Source: Dendrobates tinctorius (taxonomy: Eukaryota). Taken from it: a stretch of DNA of 64,000 bases. The stretch is taken from positions 6,696,001-6,760,000 of the forward strand of contig NW_027361868.1 of the NCBI RefSeq assembly GCF_039654945.1, in the 5' to 3' direction. The notes under the pieces were generated by a model that saw only the letters and a program-made list of their open reading frames with translations, ran no database searches and was not told the origin of the DNA. Positions 62,252-64,000 of this stretch are shown here, piece by piece (position 1 is the first letter of the stretch; every line of letters starts with the position of its first letter). Position numbers and translations under genes: made by a program.

Positions 62252-63695
62252 TTAAATCAGAGCGGTTAAGAATCAGTGATTGATATATGACAAGTATTAT
62301 CTAGGCTTTCCTTTATCAAGGGTAAAAATTCAGTTAGCTCTTTATCTATTTATCCCGCTATTGGGCTGCTGTGATCTCGCTTATTTTGCTTGTCCGAGGA
62401 AGTGACAGTGCTGCAGCCCAGTAGTGACCGCTAATTGGCTACAGGGCTCACATGACATAACAATGGCACGGGAGACCAGGTGCCAATATTGCTGGGAGGT
62501 GAGTCTATGTTATGTTATTTTACAAAGGGGAGTGCTTCATTTATAAAGGGGAAGTCCACATAGTGGACAACCCCTTTAAGAAACTATAGTGTGCTCTGAA
62601 ACTTGCGTTTCCAGGGGGCAGAGTGAAATATCGGAGACCCGTGGTATTTCTTGTGCCCCACTTTACATGGCGTGAAAACTTCCCATAGAATTGCGGCCGT
62701 AGTTTTTCTAGCTTCCTAAAACATATCGTCTCAATGACTGCATTTCTCGGCTAGGACTGCCCCTCTAATTTGTCTTAACCGGTGTTAAAAGAGACACAAC
62801 AATGGCTTTTGATGAGTAAAATTGTCATTTCTTGTCTTGATTATCCTCAGATTGCTCGTGTAGGACAAGATTTACCAGTGGATTTGTTTAAAAGCAAGTA
62901 ATCCCCAGGGAAGAAAATATGTGAAAGGAGGAAAAAGGAAACAGTCAGGAGTAAGATGAAAGCCGCTCATTTTTCTTCTGTAAAAGAATAATAAAAAAAA
63001 AAAAGACGTTCTTTAAAGACTCCCCTGCCCCGGTTTAATTGGAAACATCTCTCCATGACACGGCTTCTCTATGAAAGCAGTACATAATATTATTCTCTTG
63101 CATATAACAAGACCGTAGATGAAAGATGCCAGACAGAAGATCCGCGACAATTGAATAGTGTGAAGTCTTGATACAGCCCCACAGAAGGCGACTGCTGACG
63201 TGGGTAATTTCTCCGGCGTTTGTCTTCTAATTACTTGCAGCTCCCACCTTAATTCATCCTCATCATCTGACCTCTTCTTATGTAATCTCCCACAATGAGG
63301 CATTGAGCAGGACGCGGATGAGAACAGCACATTCTGCCATTATCATCTGGATTAAGTGCAGTGATACTTTTTTAAAGCATTTCACATGGCAGCTCTCAGC
63401 GCATTGCAGGAATAAAATTGCAAATCGTATCGCGTCTCATTTATTTTAATGTACTTGGTGATGTAAAAGGCGTCCGCACATTATCCTATAGATGGATCCA
63501 TAAGTATTACACTCCAATGGCAAATATGAGTTAAGGGGGTCATTCACAAATCTCCTTGGAGGTGTTTCATTCTGCAGATTCCTCCATTTATCGATATAGA
63601 ATATTAGTGAAGGATCCATCACTGGGATCTGGAACCCACCTGACCATCTATTACAATCACATAATAGGGCTGGTTGTGCACAGGAGTGATCTTAA

Positions 63696-63874
63696 GGCCG
63701 GGGTCACACATGTGAGAAACTCGCACGAGTCTCGCATCTCAATACCCGGCACTCGGGACTCGTGACCGGAGTGTGCGGCTGCATGTAATTCTATGCAGCT
63801 GAGCGCTCCGGTCCCGAGTGCCGGGTATTGAGATGTGAGACTCGTGCAAGTTTCTCGCATGTGTGACCCCGGCC
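63696..63874. mobile_element. Palindromic PIF/Harbinger-type MITE, TSD TAA
   Basis: GGCCGGGGTCACACATG...CATGTGTGACCCCGGCC with ~65-bp arms; TAA at 63693-63695 and 63875-63877. Confidence 0.9.
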
Positions 63875-64000
63875 TAACCACTAGTCTACAGCGCTGAGTG
63901 TATGTGCACACGACATCTTTTTCAGGTGAAGCCCACCTGAAAAAGCACTGCAAACCCACTGCAAAAAATGAGCCTAACGCACAGTAATATAAAAGCATCA

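Noticed and set aside
63013-63330. Possible minus-strand coding exon (…KKRSDDEDELRWELQ, followed by GTAATT)
   Set aside because: No recognisable homology or partner exons; cannot be supported without RNA-seq or BLAST.

Overview
Repeat-dense vertebrate DNA, intergenic or intronic. The repeat families suggest an anuran (inference). I could not support any host protein-coding exon, tRNA, rRNA or CRISPR array. The window is a mosaic of transposons: (1) an apparently intact Tc1/mariner element (11756-13361; 340-aa DD34E transposase, ~200-bp TIRs, TA TSD); (2) a complete 3.1-kb non-autonomous Gypsy/chromovirus LTR element (41107-44241) whose single open 438-aa ORF fuses Gag to the integrase HHCC zinc finger, with no PR/RT/RH/IN core, and whose PBS is complementary to its own predicted transcript start (Tf1/sushi-type self-priming); (3) two decayed Gypsy pol remnants and several solo LTRs with clean TSDs, one of which has become a TIR-bounded mini-element (139-613); (4) a decayed hAT transposase, CR1/L1/SINE fragments and many Harbinger-, Kolobok/T2- and hAT-type MITEs; (5) Penelope-like remnants with at least seven minimal hammerhead-ribozyme-like motifs, including a fold-back with two outward-facing cores. 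Tandem arrays include an 8-copy 41-bp CTCF-motif array split by an LTR, and a 6.7-kb satellite apparently built from an L2/SINE 3' tail, with higher-order periodicity, next to an assembly gap. All calls were made by eye; no database search was run.
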